From contig MU053588.1 in the NCBI GenBank assembly GCA_013239625.1, forward strand, positions 3,810,799-3,874,798: DNA of 64,000 bases. The letters run 5' to 3'. Of the stretch, positions 23,061 through 35,249 are shown piece by piece; the first letter of the stretch is position 1; every line of letters starts with the position of its first letter. This DNA is from Lama guanicoe (Eukaryota). The notes under the pieces were generated by a model, which was not told where the DNA came from, searched no databases, and was given only the letters and a program-made list of their open reading frames with translations. A program made the position numbers and the translations under genes.

Positions 23061-23733
23061 GTAGCGTTGACTGTTCTCAGCACTCTGCAGAATTCAGCTC
23101 ATTTTACCCCCACAGCAGCCCTTTGATGTAGGTCCTCCTAGCTGCTCTATTGGAAAAACAAGAAAGCTGACGCTCAGATGAGTGATTTCTCCAAGACCAC
23201 CCATCTTGAAGCAGCAGAAGTGGAACCTGAATCCAGGCTTTCTGGCTTCAAAGTGCTCACCCCTCTCTGGATGGGTGTGTGGTTTCCTTAAAGCTTGAAC
23301 ATCACTAGTAAAAATCCCCTCAGCAGTGACATAGCCAACACTTGTCGAGCGCTTATGGGAGGCCCTGGGGTTTGCCAGTTTAGTGGCTGAACACAATGAG
23401 GCCCCAAACAGGGGAAAGGATATCCCCTGAGTTACCCTTCAAAGGTAGGGACCCAAAGCTATTAATAATAATAACAACAACATGTCCATCACCCTTCTCC
23501 ACTAGGTAGCTTCGGTCTTGTCCCACATGCCCCTTGGGACTCAGTTTCCCCATCTCCCTGCTCCCTAAGACCCTTTCTCCCCTGCCTGGTATCTCAGTGG
23601 CCAGGGTCGCAGGTGGGGCCACTATTTCCTCAGCCTATTTGCTCTCCCACATCCAGGGCTGCCACCTCAGCCAAGGCCCTTGAATAAAAGGCCAGGGCAC
23701 CTGGTTCTGGCTTCCTCCTCTGCGGTCTAGATC

Positions 23734-23792
23734 ATGCTCTGGCTCCTCCCTCCCCTGGCGCTCCTGGGTGCTCTGGCAGCCCCAGAAGATAG
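23734..23792 (+). pseudogene. LU pseudogene exon 1 (signal peptide)
   Basis: ATG in atcATGc; MLWLLPPLALLGALAAPED; donor AG|GTACAT; TATA-like GAATAAAAG at 23682-23690. Confidence 0.7.
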
Positions 23793-24842
23793 GTACATTG
23801 TGTGTGATCCCTCAGAGATGGGGAGGGTTGGCTCAAAATCAAGCGGGTGGTGGGATTCTGGCTTCAGAGTCTGAGCCCCGGCTCCTTCTAAACTCGGCTG
23901 TTCGTCCAGCAGAGGCAAGTGACGGGAGTGTTTGAGAGCATAGTTCTGAAGCCCGGCTGCCTGGGTTGTAATCCTGGCTCTGCCCCCTTCTTAGCTCTGT
24001 GACCTTGAGCAAGCCACTTAACCTCTCTGGGCCTCAGTTTCCCCATCTGTGAAATGAGGATGATAATGGCCTGGCCTCTGGGGACCATGGGGGGCATTCA
24101 TTGAATCAATACATTTGAGGAGTTTTTTAAGAACTTAGAGTAATATCAGGCGGTACGTAGCCTTGTCTGAAGGTGAGCTCTTATTAATAACTTATTATTA
24201 TTCCTTTCCTTGGCCTGCCTGTCTCCCCTTTGGTGCTAATTCTACCACCTTTGGCCCAGGCTGGAAATCAAGGGATCCTAGCCAGGGTCTCACTGTGTGA
24301 TCTTGGGTGAGATGCCAAGTCCATCTGGCTTCAGTTTCCTTATCTATAAAAGGAAGGTATGAGATGAGGTCAGCAGTTTTCAGACTGCTCCTTAGAGACT
24401 TGAGGGTTCTTGGAAGAGCCTCAGGGGCCTCTGGGAGGTTAAGAGAAAGGCTTAGTGGACAGACGGGACTCTTCTCAGCCCAGATGATGAAGGGAAATAA
24501 CACTTTAATCTCTCCTGTTCTGCAGTTGTGAGGGAGATGTTGAGAGAAGGCGTTCCATGGCGAGCCCTAGTAGATTAGGGAGACTGTCAGCAGCTCCAGC
24601 TTGGAGAGGCTGACTCCATCTCCAGACCTTTGCCCACACTGTTCCACCCACCTGGAATGCCGTTCACACACCGCCGGGAAAGTCATCCTTAATGCTCTCC
24701 ACACAGCCCTCCCCTCCCACGCTCAGTCTTTAGATCTATTCTTGAATCATGTGTGAGTGTGTGTGTGTGTGTGTGTGTATGAGTGTATGTGTTTGTTCTC
24801 TTTCTCAAATTGCAAGGTCTGAGCACACCTCTCTCCCCGCAG

Positions 24843-24944
24843 GGACCTCCAAGATGTGTCCAGTCTGCCCTTGGCTGGGAAACTGCACTGAGAGAACCTG
24901 TCCTCCAGCCCAGGACTCCTGCCTGTTTAGCCAGATGCAGCTGG
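24843..24944 (+). pseudogene. LU pseudogene exon 2 (LU1a)
   Basis: ctctccccgcag|GG ACC...; GTSKMCPVCPWLGNCTERTCPPAQDSCLFSQMQL; donor G|GTGGGG. Confidence 0.8.
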
Positions 24945-25201
24945 GTGGGGGCAGAGAGGATGGACAAAGTGCGTGGGCAGGGGGTTGGAGGGGAGAGGCA
25001 TGGACGGGCCGCCCTGGGACTGGAGGTTCCCAGCTTTGCCTGGTAGCACAGCTCAGTACCGCAGGGAGTGGCAGCGGGGAGGGGTGGTGTCCACACCAGC
25101 TGAGGTCCCAGGTTGACCTCCGGGATTTGCTACAGAGTGGGCAGAGGTCTGGGGGCGGGGGTTGGAGCGATCTGTAACCTCTCCTTAAATTCTATCATCA
25201 G

Positions 25202-25351
25202 CAAATGGGACTCTCATCAAGCAACGGGCCCTGCGTGGCCCCTAGGGAATGCTGAGAAGGTGTCTATGCCCTGACCTACAGCCCCGACTTGGTCTCTGGG
25301 TCAGCACAGCCTGCTGTGAATCAAACAACGGCAGCAGGGCTACCCAACAAG
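25202..25351 (+). pseudogene. LU pseudogene exon 3 (LU1b), disrupted
   Basis: ANGTLIK/NGPCVAPREC*EGVYALTYSPD/GLWVSTACCESNNGSRATQQ; +1 frameshift near 25222, TGA at 25253-25255, -1 frameshift near 25289; donor G|GTTTGT. Confidence 0.75.
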
Positions 25352-26124
25352 GTTTGTCAGCGGGACCTGGGGGGTCACACACCCGGGTGGGGTGTCATGG
25401 GAACTTGGCCCTGGTTGCCAGCTCTGCCTGGCTGCTTGAGGCAAAGACAGCCTTCATTTTCTCATCTGGAAAATGGGTGTGAAATAACTTTCGCAGGGGG
25501 TGCCTCCAGCAGAAAGCTGTCGGCACTCGAGATACAGTAGCTGTGCTTATTGAGAGCTCGAGGAGGGGGCTGCGCAGAGGCCCCAGACTCTTATTTTCTC
25601 CTTAGGAGAGCAGCTGCCCTGAAGGTTAGCCAAGCAGAACAAGAAATGTCATGCGCGGTGACGGGCCCAGATCCCGGGTGAGGGGAGGTGCTTACTTTCA
25701 GGTGCTGACTCTGCACTTGCTCCACCTGGACAGCAAGCACCTCCTCACCACCAGCCTCGCTCTAGACCTGGCTCTGAGTGGTGATAAAGATCAGGTTTTT
25801 TGGCTGCTGGGTTCTTTTTCCAAAGAAGGCATTTGTATCTATTTGACAGGTGTAGCAGTGGGGAGAATGAGGCCGTTCCACACTTGGGGCTCCTAGCCTT
25901 CCTTCTAAACCCCTGGGATTTCCCTCCTCTTAAACTGTCCGCATCAACCAAATAAAATAGCCAGGTGCAGGTGGAGAGGCGGGCATGCTATTCTGTACAT
26001 AAAATGCCAGTTATGATCATAACTGCTTCAAACAAAACTCCTATGTGCAAGGAAAGGTTGAAGGGACCACCTAGGAATACTTTGATCACAGCTGTGCTCT
26101 CCGTAGAAACTTTTTTAAAGTATT

Positions 26125-26247
26125 TTTTGAGGGTAATTAGGTTTATTTATTAATTATTATTATTATTTTTAGTGGAGGTACTGGGGATTGAACCCAGGAC
26201 CCTGTGCATGCTAAGCACTGCACACTGCCACTGAGCTACACCCTCCC
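26125..26247 (-). mobile_element. tRNA-Ala-derived SINE nested in a MER33-like element
   Basis: Reverse-complement head and GGTAATTAGGTT spacer. Confidence 0.85.
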
Positions 26248-27169
26248 TGCTACCATAGGAACATAATGTGAGCCATACAGGGAATGAAAGCTTTTTGAGT
26301 AGCCACATTCAAAAGCACAAAGAAATGGATGACATTTATTTTAATAATAGAACTTATTTAAGGCGACAAATCTAAAATATTATTTCAACATGGAGATAAT
26401 CAATATGAAATTACTAATGAGATATTGTACTTTCTTTTTTCAAATGAAGCCTCTGAAATCTAGGGTGTGTTTTATACTCACAGCACATCCCAAAGGGAAC
26501 CAGCCACATTTTAGGTGCTCAGTAGCCACGTGGAGACACTAGTCACGTGTCAGCCAGCGCAGTTCTCTCATCTGCTTTTCTGTATCTGCCAGTGTTTCCA
26601 TACAAACCCCCATTAAAACGATTCATGGTTTAGTTCTGACTCAGGAAAAATATGCTTAGACAGCTTCCTCTTAAGTGTTTCAGGTTTCTAAGAAAACTCT
26701 GCAAATTAATCAGATGGTGGAGAACCTGCAAGCCACGGTCCTACTGTTTTGCAGAACACCACAACATCTTAAAACCTGAAACACCAGCCTCACGTTTTCG
26801 TCACTTTTGGAGGCCGGGGTCTTTGAGGGAGGGCTTTTGCCTGTGTGGTCAGTGTTGCGTCTCCAGGACAGAACCTGGCACACAGTAGGTCCTCGAGAAA
26901 TCTTTGTGGAATTAATTAAAGAACATTTAGGATTCAGCCTGAAGGTTTGTTTAGGACAGAGGAGCAATTTAGGACCAACCCCACCTTGAGGTGCTGTTCA
27001 CTGCTCCTTGGAAAAAGTCTTCAAGGGCTGGAAGCAGGTGGCTGAGACTAGGCTGGTCCCAGTTTGGAGGAAAGTGCCCCCGGGGGGTGTGGGTGGAGGC
27101 AGCAGGCCCAGACGGCTGGTGGGGGAAGGAGGGCTGAGAGGTGGGTGGACCCACACCCACTCCCACCAG

Positions 27170-27313
27170 AGGCAGGACCTGAAGCCCAGCCCAACGGGCT
27201 GAAGTGTCACTATTGTTCTGGGGATAAGTTGGCCCCATGTGACTCCCTTTCCATCATGAACGGCACTGGGAGCCAGACTCTGTGTCTCACCCTCCATGGG
27301 ACATGGCCTGGAG
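27170..27313 (+). pseudogene. LU pseudogene exon 4 (LU2a), donor lost
   Basis: EAGPEAQPNGLKCHYCSGDKLAPCDSLSIMNGTGSQTLCLTLHGTWPG; NGLKCxxC motif; expected Cys reads GGC at 27262-27264; no GT after 27313. Confidence 0.8.
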
Positions 27314-29034
27314 AAAAAAGTTCCTTTCCAGCAGTTATTTGCATGGCTTGCCTCACTGCCACCTACACAGATGTGTTGAGGTTTATTTGCATGTGGGTTC
27401 TGGTTATCTATTGCTATTTAACCAATCACTCTCACCCGTAGTGGCTTAAAACAACAACAGTCGCATTATTAACTCTTACGGTTTCTGTAGGTGGGAAATT
27501 CAGAACAAAACTGCAGGACAGTTTTGAGTCTCTCATGTGGCTGCAGTCAGAGAGCGGCTGGCTGGAGCTGCAGGGTTGAGAGCAGCCAGGGGCTTGCTAA
27601 GCATCTCATCCACGTAGGCTCTGGGCCTTTCCATGTGCTCTGTCCACACTGGTTAGACTGGGCTTCCTCACAGCGTAGCTGCCACCATCTTTACATGGCA
27701 GCAGAAGATTTCAAGAACAAGTATTTCAGCAAGCAAGGTGGCAGCTGCACGGCCTCTTATGACCTAGCCGTGGGAATCACATGATGTCACTTCTGCCACG
27801 CTTCACTGGTTGAAATGGTTGCAAAAGTCCATCTGGTTTCAAGGAGAGGCGATACAGACCTGCCCCTCTTGGTCTCAAAGAATTTGCAGATGTATTTTAA
27901 AATCATCACTGTGTGTTTGCAAATGGTTGGAACAGAGGCTTTTTGAGCAAAAGGCTTAGAATAGAGCTACACTGAGCAGAGGACAAACTATGAAACCAAC
28001 ACAGTGATAGAGAGAAGTGGCCTGGGCTTCTGCTCCTGGCAGTCTCAGGGACTAGCTCCCCCAAGAATTTTTCCTGCTATAAGCTGTAGCGTGCTGGGAA
28101 AGTGGGGTGAGAGGAGCCAGAATGGTGGGAGTGGTCCACTCTGGCGGGGAGAGGCATTTTACCACTGCCATTATTTAGAAATGCTGGTATATGGTGATGA
28201 TAAAAAACAGATTGACTTTCACTTGATTTTATTGTTCTTTTAAATTGCTCTGCAGACAATGCACCCTCTTATATCCTGCTTCTGGGATGGATTGCTCCCA
28301 CTCCCCATCTCCCTTGGTATTCTGATGTTTACAAATGAACTAGATTCCATAAAAAAAATGTTCCCATGATTTTGGGTGCTTACAGGAAATTAGGGAAATT
28401 TCTGAAGGTCTCCAAACAAAACAAAAATGTGAGCAGAAATCAGGAGAGCAGTGAGTAAACATGGATGGCACAGTGGCCCTGAGAACGAATGCTGTTAACA
28501 GCCTGCTTTGAGTGATGACATTTTGGGTCCACAGCATTGTTGTGGAGCTGACTCTTTGACTTCCACATAAGCCAAGGACCTTGGAAGGAGGTTGAAATGA
28601 TGCCAGCTTGGTAGTGCTCCCTGGTTTTCAATATAACCAAAGGCAAATCCCCATCTAGGGAAAAGTCTCCAGGACTCCCACAGATGGACATCAACCGAAT
28701 ATGAACTCATAATCCAGAGCTCAGGAAATGCGCAAGGAAACAAGCCACCATGAGTGATAGCAGAGGTAACAAACAACAGATACAGATCGACAAGGAGCTA
28801 TTGTAATTAGCTGCTACGGAACATAGATATATGTGACACATGTTAAAAAAAAAATAAAGCTAGGACTGCTCCCCCACAAATGAGCAGGCAACAAGAGGTT
28901 GTAGGAAACGACCAGAGAGATTTGAAAATGAATCATATGAAACTATGGGAATTTTCAGACAAAGAAAGGCAGACATCAATGTGAAAAGGCTCAAGCTCTG
29001 AGTTTCCCCCTGCAGCTTACCCCTGTTTCTGCAG

Positions 29035-29174
29035 TGGATCCCCAAATCCTGAAGAGCTGTGCTACACCAAAGATCTGCATCTGCAAGCAAACAGCATCCT
29101 GGGCCCGGAAGAGTCTGGATTTCATCTGACCGCCAAGCCTGAGTGCTACTATGCGGCTTCTCTCACTCAGCCAG
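29035..29174 (+). pseudogene. LU pseudogene exon 5 (LU2b), frameshifted
   Basis: tgtttctgcag|TG GAT...; VDPQILKSCATPKIC/LQANSILGPEESGFHLTAKPECYYAASLTQP; 140 nt (1-nt deletion near 29078); donor CAG|GTGTCT. Confidence 0.75.
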
Positions 29175-30674
29175 GTGTCTTGAAGCCTGACTTCCTGAGA
29201 CCCTACCCTCTCTATCCTTTCTGGATTCCACATGCCCTTCCCAATCCTATATGTTCCCAGGGTACTCCCTCCCGCTACCATAATGCTCCCAGGGAGTTCA
29301 ATTACCCATATGCACACACACACACACACAAATTCACACCACCTGACACCTGAAAGTAGAAAATTCCATTGGCGCATATCCACACATCCACAAACATCTA
29401 CATTTACATCCCAGCACCTGAAACACACCTACAGAGGAGCACACATTTCAAAACAGACACACACATCCTGTTGTGTAAGCGAGACTAAGAGATCTTGGTT
29501 TAAATAAGAAACCTGGTGGTCTTTTTCTTTTCTTCACTTCCTTGCTTGTGAAAGAAGACAGATTTGCCAACACAGTCTTCTCTGGGTTGAACAAAGAACA
29601 TCGACAATAATTTTTGTCTTCCAGAAAAGAGAGATGTTAATTGAGATAATATTTACCAGGGCAACAGCTATCTAAGTGAGACAACTGAACAGAATGACAG
29701 GTGTTTCAGAGGCACAAAGGCGATTTTTAGACCTGGACAGAACAGCATCTCGTTAGCTCTGGGGACATAGAAGTCGCTTTTGTTCGAACCTACACAGCAA
29801 GGACAGTTCTGTGATGCAGAAGAGGATATGTCTGCTGAATCTGCAGGCAAAGTGGGAACATGCTCACCAACACTTCCTCAGATTACCAGCTGCTAGGAGT
29901 TTTACTTTTCAAAACTAAGCCCAGGATTAAATGAATGATCACAGTGAAGAAAAAAAAAGAGGTAGACTCAATCTACAGATGCTAAAATTTGCACCATGGA
30001 AAGGGAAAAAGGGCAAAATAGGATTGCTAACAACTGGAACAAGGGACATGGAATTTTTGTGTATACAACCCCTGTGGACATGTAATATATCCATGCAGGG
30101 ACATATTGGTTGTCAGAGCCAAACACATGGACTGGGAAAGAGACAGGTACAAACACAGAAACATACAAAAGTACGAAATATACACAGACGTGCTGAAACA
30201 CTTAGTAACATCCACAAACATTCACATCTGAACACCAACGTCTACATCCAAGCACCCCAGACCTTGCTGGAAACACAGACACACCCAGACACAGAAATAT
30301 ACACAGACCCACAAAACCAGCCTTGTACACATACACAAAAACACGTGCTCTGTTCACACAGATATGCACGTAGGCACCTACACGTACAGCAACTCACGGA
30401 GGCAGACACACGAACATCCCCACCCTTCCTTAGACCATTTCAGAAAGTATAGACAGAGCGCAACGCGGGCATGCACAACCACGTGTGCACAGAGAAATGG
30501 GCCTGCGTGCTTGTACACACAAACTGCATAATCACAGAAGTGCACGCAGCAGCGTATTTGCGTAGTCACGGGCACATATCGATACGCTCAGAAATGCACA
30601 CACACACACACACACACACGTTGTCCTCCAGCCAGCTCATCTGCCTCTCTCCCCTGGTTCCCAGGCACCTGCAG

Positions 30675-30788
30675 CCCACTCCAAGGCTGAGGGCACCGTC
30701 TGTTTCACCTGCTCAGACGTCTACCATTGTGACCCTCTCCCCTGCAGAGAAGACAGGAACTACTGCCTTCAGACGGCGGGCGTCGCAG
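30675..30788 (+). pseudogene. LU pseudogene exon 6 (LU3a)
   Basis: AHSKAEGTVCFTCSDVYHCDPLPCREDRNYCLQTAGVA; strong donor CAG|GTGAGT. Acceptor is either 30674 (phase 1) or 30664 (phase 0). Confidence 0.8.
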
Positions 30789-31161
30789 GTGAGTGCCCTG
30801 CGGACAGGACAGGTAGGAAAAAGCCACAGAGGCTGGTGTCAGTGGAGGATGTGAGTTTAAAGTCTGATGCCACGTTTGTCATAGTCATTTATTGCTGAAT
30901 GACAAATCAGCTTAAGACGCAGTGCCTTAAACAGCCACCAAAGGACAAATACTGCATGATTCCACTTACATGAGATACTGAGAGTCGTCACAATCGTGGG
31001 AAAAGAAAATAGAATGGCAACAATAGTTTCAGTTTTGCAAAATGAAAAAGTTCTAGCGATCCATTACACATCATGTGAATATTGTTGTCACCACTGAACC
31101 ATACACTTAAAAATGGTTAAGAAGGTAAATTTGGTATTATGTATTTTTTCAACAATAGCTC

Positions 31162-31295
31162 CTTTTTTTTTTTTAAGTCAGGGAGGTAATTAGGTTTATT
31201 TATTTATTTATTTTTAGAGGAGGTACTAGGGATTGAACCCAGGACTTTGTACATTCTAAGCATGTACTCTGCCACTTAGGCTGTATCCTCCCCCC
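31162..31295 (-). mobile_element. tRNA-Ala-derived SINE
   Basis: Reverse-complement head, spacer, poly-T. Confidence 0.85.
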
Positions 31296-31615
31296 TTAAT
31301 TATGTTTTTTTAACCACAATATTAAAAAATAACTTCATGGCTCAAAACAACTATTTATTATTTCTCACAATTTGTTGAATTGACTGAGCTCAGCTGGGCT
31401 GTTTTTTTCTGCTCTAAGGAGTGAAGGCTGAGGTCCAAGGTGTTGGCTGCATTCAGCTGGGAACTCAGCTAAGGCTGAATGTTCGATAGAGCCTCTTACC
31501 TTCTGGGGCCTCTCTCCATGTCTGTAACCTAGTTGAGTTTCCTTACAAGATGGCAGTTAGCTTCTGAGGAGAAAGAAGTGGAACCATCTGCTTCTTAAGA
31601 GACAAGCCCGGGAGT

Positions 31616-31728
31616 GGGGAGGGTAATAGCCCAGTGATACAGTGCATGCTTAGCATGCATGAGGCGCTGGGTTCTATCCTCAGTGCCTCTATTTAAAAAA
31701 AAAACAAAGGAAATAAATTAAAAAAAAA
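31616..31728 (+). mobile_element. tRNA-Ala-derived SINE
   Basis: Diverged head plus A-rich tail; AGAGA(C/T)AAGCC on both flanks. Confidence 0.8.
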
Positions 31729-32371
31729 GAGATAAGCCGAGAACTGTCATACTGTCACTTCTGCACAGTCTACTGATCAGAACAAGTCACAAGGCCAGCT
31801 CAGGGGTGAGGAAATTGATTCCACCTCTTAACCTGGGAGTGGTAAAGTCATGTTGCAAAAACAGCATGCAAAAGTCTGCATCTACTGAAACATTCTGACC
31901 AGGGAGTCCCCAAGTCCCCTGTCAGTCTGTTCCATAAAGGGAAAAGCTGGATCTTCTGTAAATGGGATGAGGAGTTGAACTGAAACCAGCTCTTCTCTGG
32001 TATAAATTCCAAGAGGCACATGAATGGGAGACATAGGAATTCCAGACAAGGAGGAATAGTAAGGATCATGTACCAGACCCAGTGCTGGGCATTTCTGGGG
32101 TTCTAGAGAAGTTCCTGGCTAAGCCCATGCAGGACTCACAGACCGGTTAGGGAGAGATTACAGGTACAGAGCAGCCTTGTCAGGGAAAGGAAGACTTTCT
32201 GAACCATGTGTCTTGATGAACAATGTCAGCAAGTGCATTGGAGGGCACCTAATGCATCTCAGTGCTTCTCAGGCAGAATGAATGCCAACAATGGCATCCA
32301 GAGGGATTTAGGGAGCTCAGCTGGGGGGTGGCTCATGACTACTTCTCCCCTTGCCCTCCATATCTCTCCAG

Positions 32372-32537
32372 CCTTAGGCAAAGATAACTCTGTTGCTTGG
32401 ACAAATTATTCCTGCGTGGCCTCCAGTGACTGCACATTTGACAACTTCATCTCTACCTCGACGTACAGCATTGGCTTTGGCTTCTGGATCAACATTACCT
32501 GTTGTCAAGGCAACTGCCAAGAGCCCCCCTCCTCTCG
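32372..32537 (+). pseudogene. LU pseudogene exon 7 (LU3b)
   Basis: ALGKDNSVAWTNYSCVASSDCTFDNFISTSTYSIGFGFWINITCCQGNCQEPP; 166 nt, apparently one extra C in the C6 run at 32524-32529; donor G|GTATGT. Confidence 0.85.
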
Positions 32538-32795
32538 GTATGTTGCCACCAGAAAGCAGGCAGATGGGTGGCCAAGGAGGTGGTGGGGTGACTTTGGAGG
32601 AGAGTTTGTCCTGGGTTGAGGAGGGCAGGCACTCAACCCCCATTCCCCAACCAAGCTGCCCTAAGGCACCCTGACCCCGTCTCGGTGGGAGAGACCATTA
32701 AGATCATTAATTCCTCTGTAGTAGAGCCCATGAGTGCACGAAGGGCCCTGGGAGGTCCTGAGACTCCTCCCTTCTGACCACGCTCCCCTATACAG

Positions 32796-32942
32796 CCACT
32801 CTGCCAGCCTCAAGAACCCTGAGTATGTTCTTGTGTCCTACGTGTCCTGGGGGCCACTCAGGGCCCTGCAACCACTCCTTCTACATTCAGTGTCCCAGCG
32901 GGGAGACTGAGTGTGTCCAGATGAACCTGGTGTTGGAAGAAG
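32796..32942 (+). pseudogene. LU pseudogene exon 8 (LU4a)
   Basis: ATLPASRTLSMFLCPTCPGGHSGPCNHSFYIQCPSGETECVQMNLVLEE; 147 nt, intact; donor AAG|GTAAGG. Confidence 0.85.
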
Positions 32943-33587
32943 GTAAGGTGGGCGTGATTGAGCCTGAGTGTACTGGGTCTGGATCCAGGCATGCCTGGGT
33001 TTGGGAGTTCATCTCTATCATTCACTCTGTGTGGCCCAAGATAAGTAACTTCACCTCTCTGAGCCTCAGTCTTCTCTCCTGATAAATGGGAGTGGTGGAA
33101 GCACACCTCACAGGGTTTTGGGAGGAGGAAGTGAGCTTATGAGAGCAGTGATGTAGCAGAGGGCATAAAGCAAGATTCTGGGGCCAGACTGCTTGGGTGC
33201 AAATCCTAGATCTTATGAGCTGGATCACCTTAGGCTGGGGATTTCCTTTCTCTGTGCCTCAATCTCCCCATCTGAGAAAGGGGATAATTAGAGTCTCTTA
33301 TCCATAAGACTGTTGTGAAAATTAAATAAGATCATCCATTAATCTTCTAGATGAGTGCTGCCCAGAAGAAATACAATGTTCACGTGTGTAATTAAAAATT
33401 TTCAAGTAGCCGTATGAAAAAGTAACAGGTAAACTTTATTTAATAGTACACTTTATTTAACCAATATATCCAACAGTTATTTCAACATGCAAATGATATA
33501 AGAAATTATAAATGAGATATCTTATTCAGTTTTTCCTACTAAGTCTTTGAAATCTGGTGTGGATTTTACACTCACAGAATGTCCTAG

Positions 33588-33693
33588 TTTGTTTGTTTGT
33601 TTGTTTGTTTATTTATTTTGATGGAGGTACTGGGGATTAGAACCCAGGACCTCCTGCATGCTAAGCATACACTCTACCAATGAGCCATCCCCC
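33588..33693 (-). mobile_element. tRNA-Ala-derived SINE nested in a MER33-like element
   Basis: Reverse-complement head with a (GTTT)n tail; a second, internally deleted plus-strand copy lies at about 33840-33900. Confidence 0.8.
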
Positions 33694-35249
33694 ATCTCCA
33701 TGTCCCAGTTTAAACCAGCCACATGGCAAGCACTCAATAGCCACATGCAGCTAGTGGCTACTGTATTGAACAGCATAATTCTAGAACATAGTGAGGGCTA
33801 TGTATGGTGTTTCAGTGAATCTAAAATGATATCCTTGCAGGGGTAGGGTCTAGCTGAGTGGTAGAGCACATGGGTTCAATCCCCAGTACCTCCATTAAAA
33901 TGACATTGATGGGAAGACAGGAAGGCAGCTCTATTCAGAAATGTTAAAGTGTATGTGCGTTGGGAGGATGGGAATATGCGTCTTGGAACTGACAACATTC
34001 AATCTTAGTGGTGATGACTGTTACGTGTGTGTAAGGCTTACATGGACAGACCTTCAGTCAATCACTGTCCAGAGATGGATGTGTCGGGGAACTTGGGTTT
34101 GTGTGTACAGTGGGATGTGTGTATTGTGTGTGTGTGTGTTTCCTTAGAGGGGTGATGTGTCAGCAGGGAACCTGGGTGTGTTTGTGCAGATTGTTTGAGC
34201 CTCTGGGGGCATCGTGGGTGCTGTATGTGATTGAGACGTGCCTGTGTGCATGTGTGTGCACTTGTGTATATGTGTGTGTGGGTGGGTGTGGGACAGTGAC
34301 TCACAAACACGGCTCTTTGAGGAAGTGTACTCCAGTTCAGGGCAAGAGGAGATAAATATAGACCATGCCGTGACACTAACATTTCTTTCTCAATTTTGTA
34401 TTCTGGAGAAATTCAAAGATAAATAAAAGAATGAACCATTTAGTAAGTCCCACGTACCCTTCATCCAGCTCCAGTAATTATCATAGCCGATCCTGTTTCA
34501 TCTCCACCCTGGCCCCATCTGATTTTGAATACACACTCAGGTATCCTATGACTCAACCCTAAGTATTTCCACACATCCTTAAAAGATAACTGACCTAAAA
34601 ATAACCAATTGTGATGAAGTGTTTTACTGTTGGCAAAATAAGGCTATTTCACTTTCACATTCCCCATCAAATCCTCAGTAAACTAGTTACATTTGTATAT
34701 TTACCTTTATACATAAACAGATCACATCCTATCGTATTTACTATGTCATATACGGCCCTGAGAGGCACAGAAAATAGTTGGGAAACCAGCTGGAGGAATG
34801 TGTGGTGCAGCGTGGCCTCCAGGTGTCATAGTTTTCATTAATATTGAACACAAGTAAAAGAACATCTGGAACATAAGTGTAAGGTGTAAAGAGTAAGAAC
34901 TGAAGGCACGGCCGGGACCAGTCGCAGCTCAAAAATCAGAACATTCCTGGTGAGTTTTCCCGAAGGACATGGATTTGAGGGCCTTACATTCCCTCCGAGG
35001 TTGGCCCGGTCCCATGTGTGCCTTTCCATGTGACAAAGTCTTTTACGCAGGAGACCCCGTGGGGCTGGAAGGAGTTGCAGGAAAATCTGCTTGGTTTGGA
35101 AAAAACCCCGGCGTCTGGGGATGGCAACGCGGGGATGGCGACGCGGAGATGGTGCCAGTGGTGACGCACGTGTGCCAGGCGCTCCCGTGCAGGGGGGACA
35201 CCTGCCCGCGCGCATCCTCACGTCCCGGTCCCCACGCGCGTCTCCGCAG

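Noticed and set aside
22742..23126. Asp/Gly-rich and Pro/Ser-rich ORFs
   Set aside because: Translations of a (GAT/GGT)n microsatellite.
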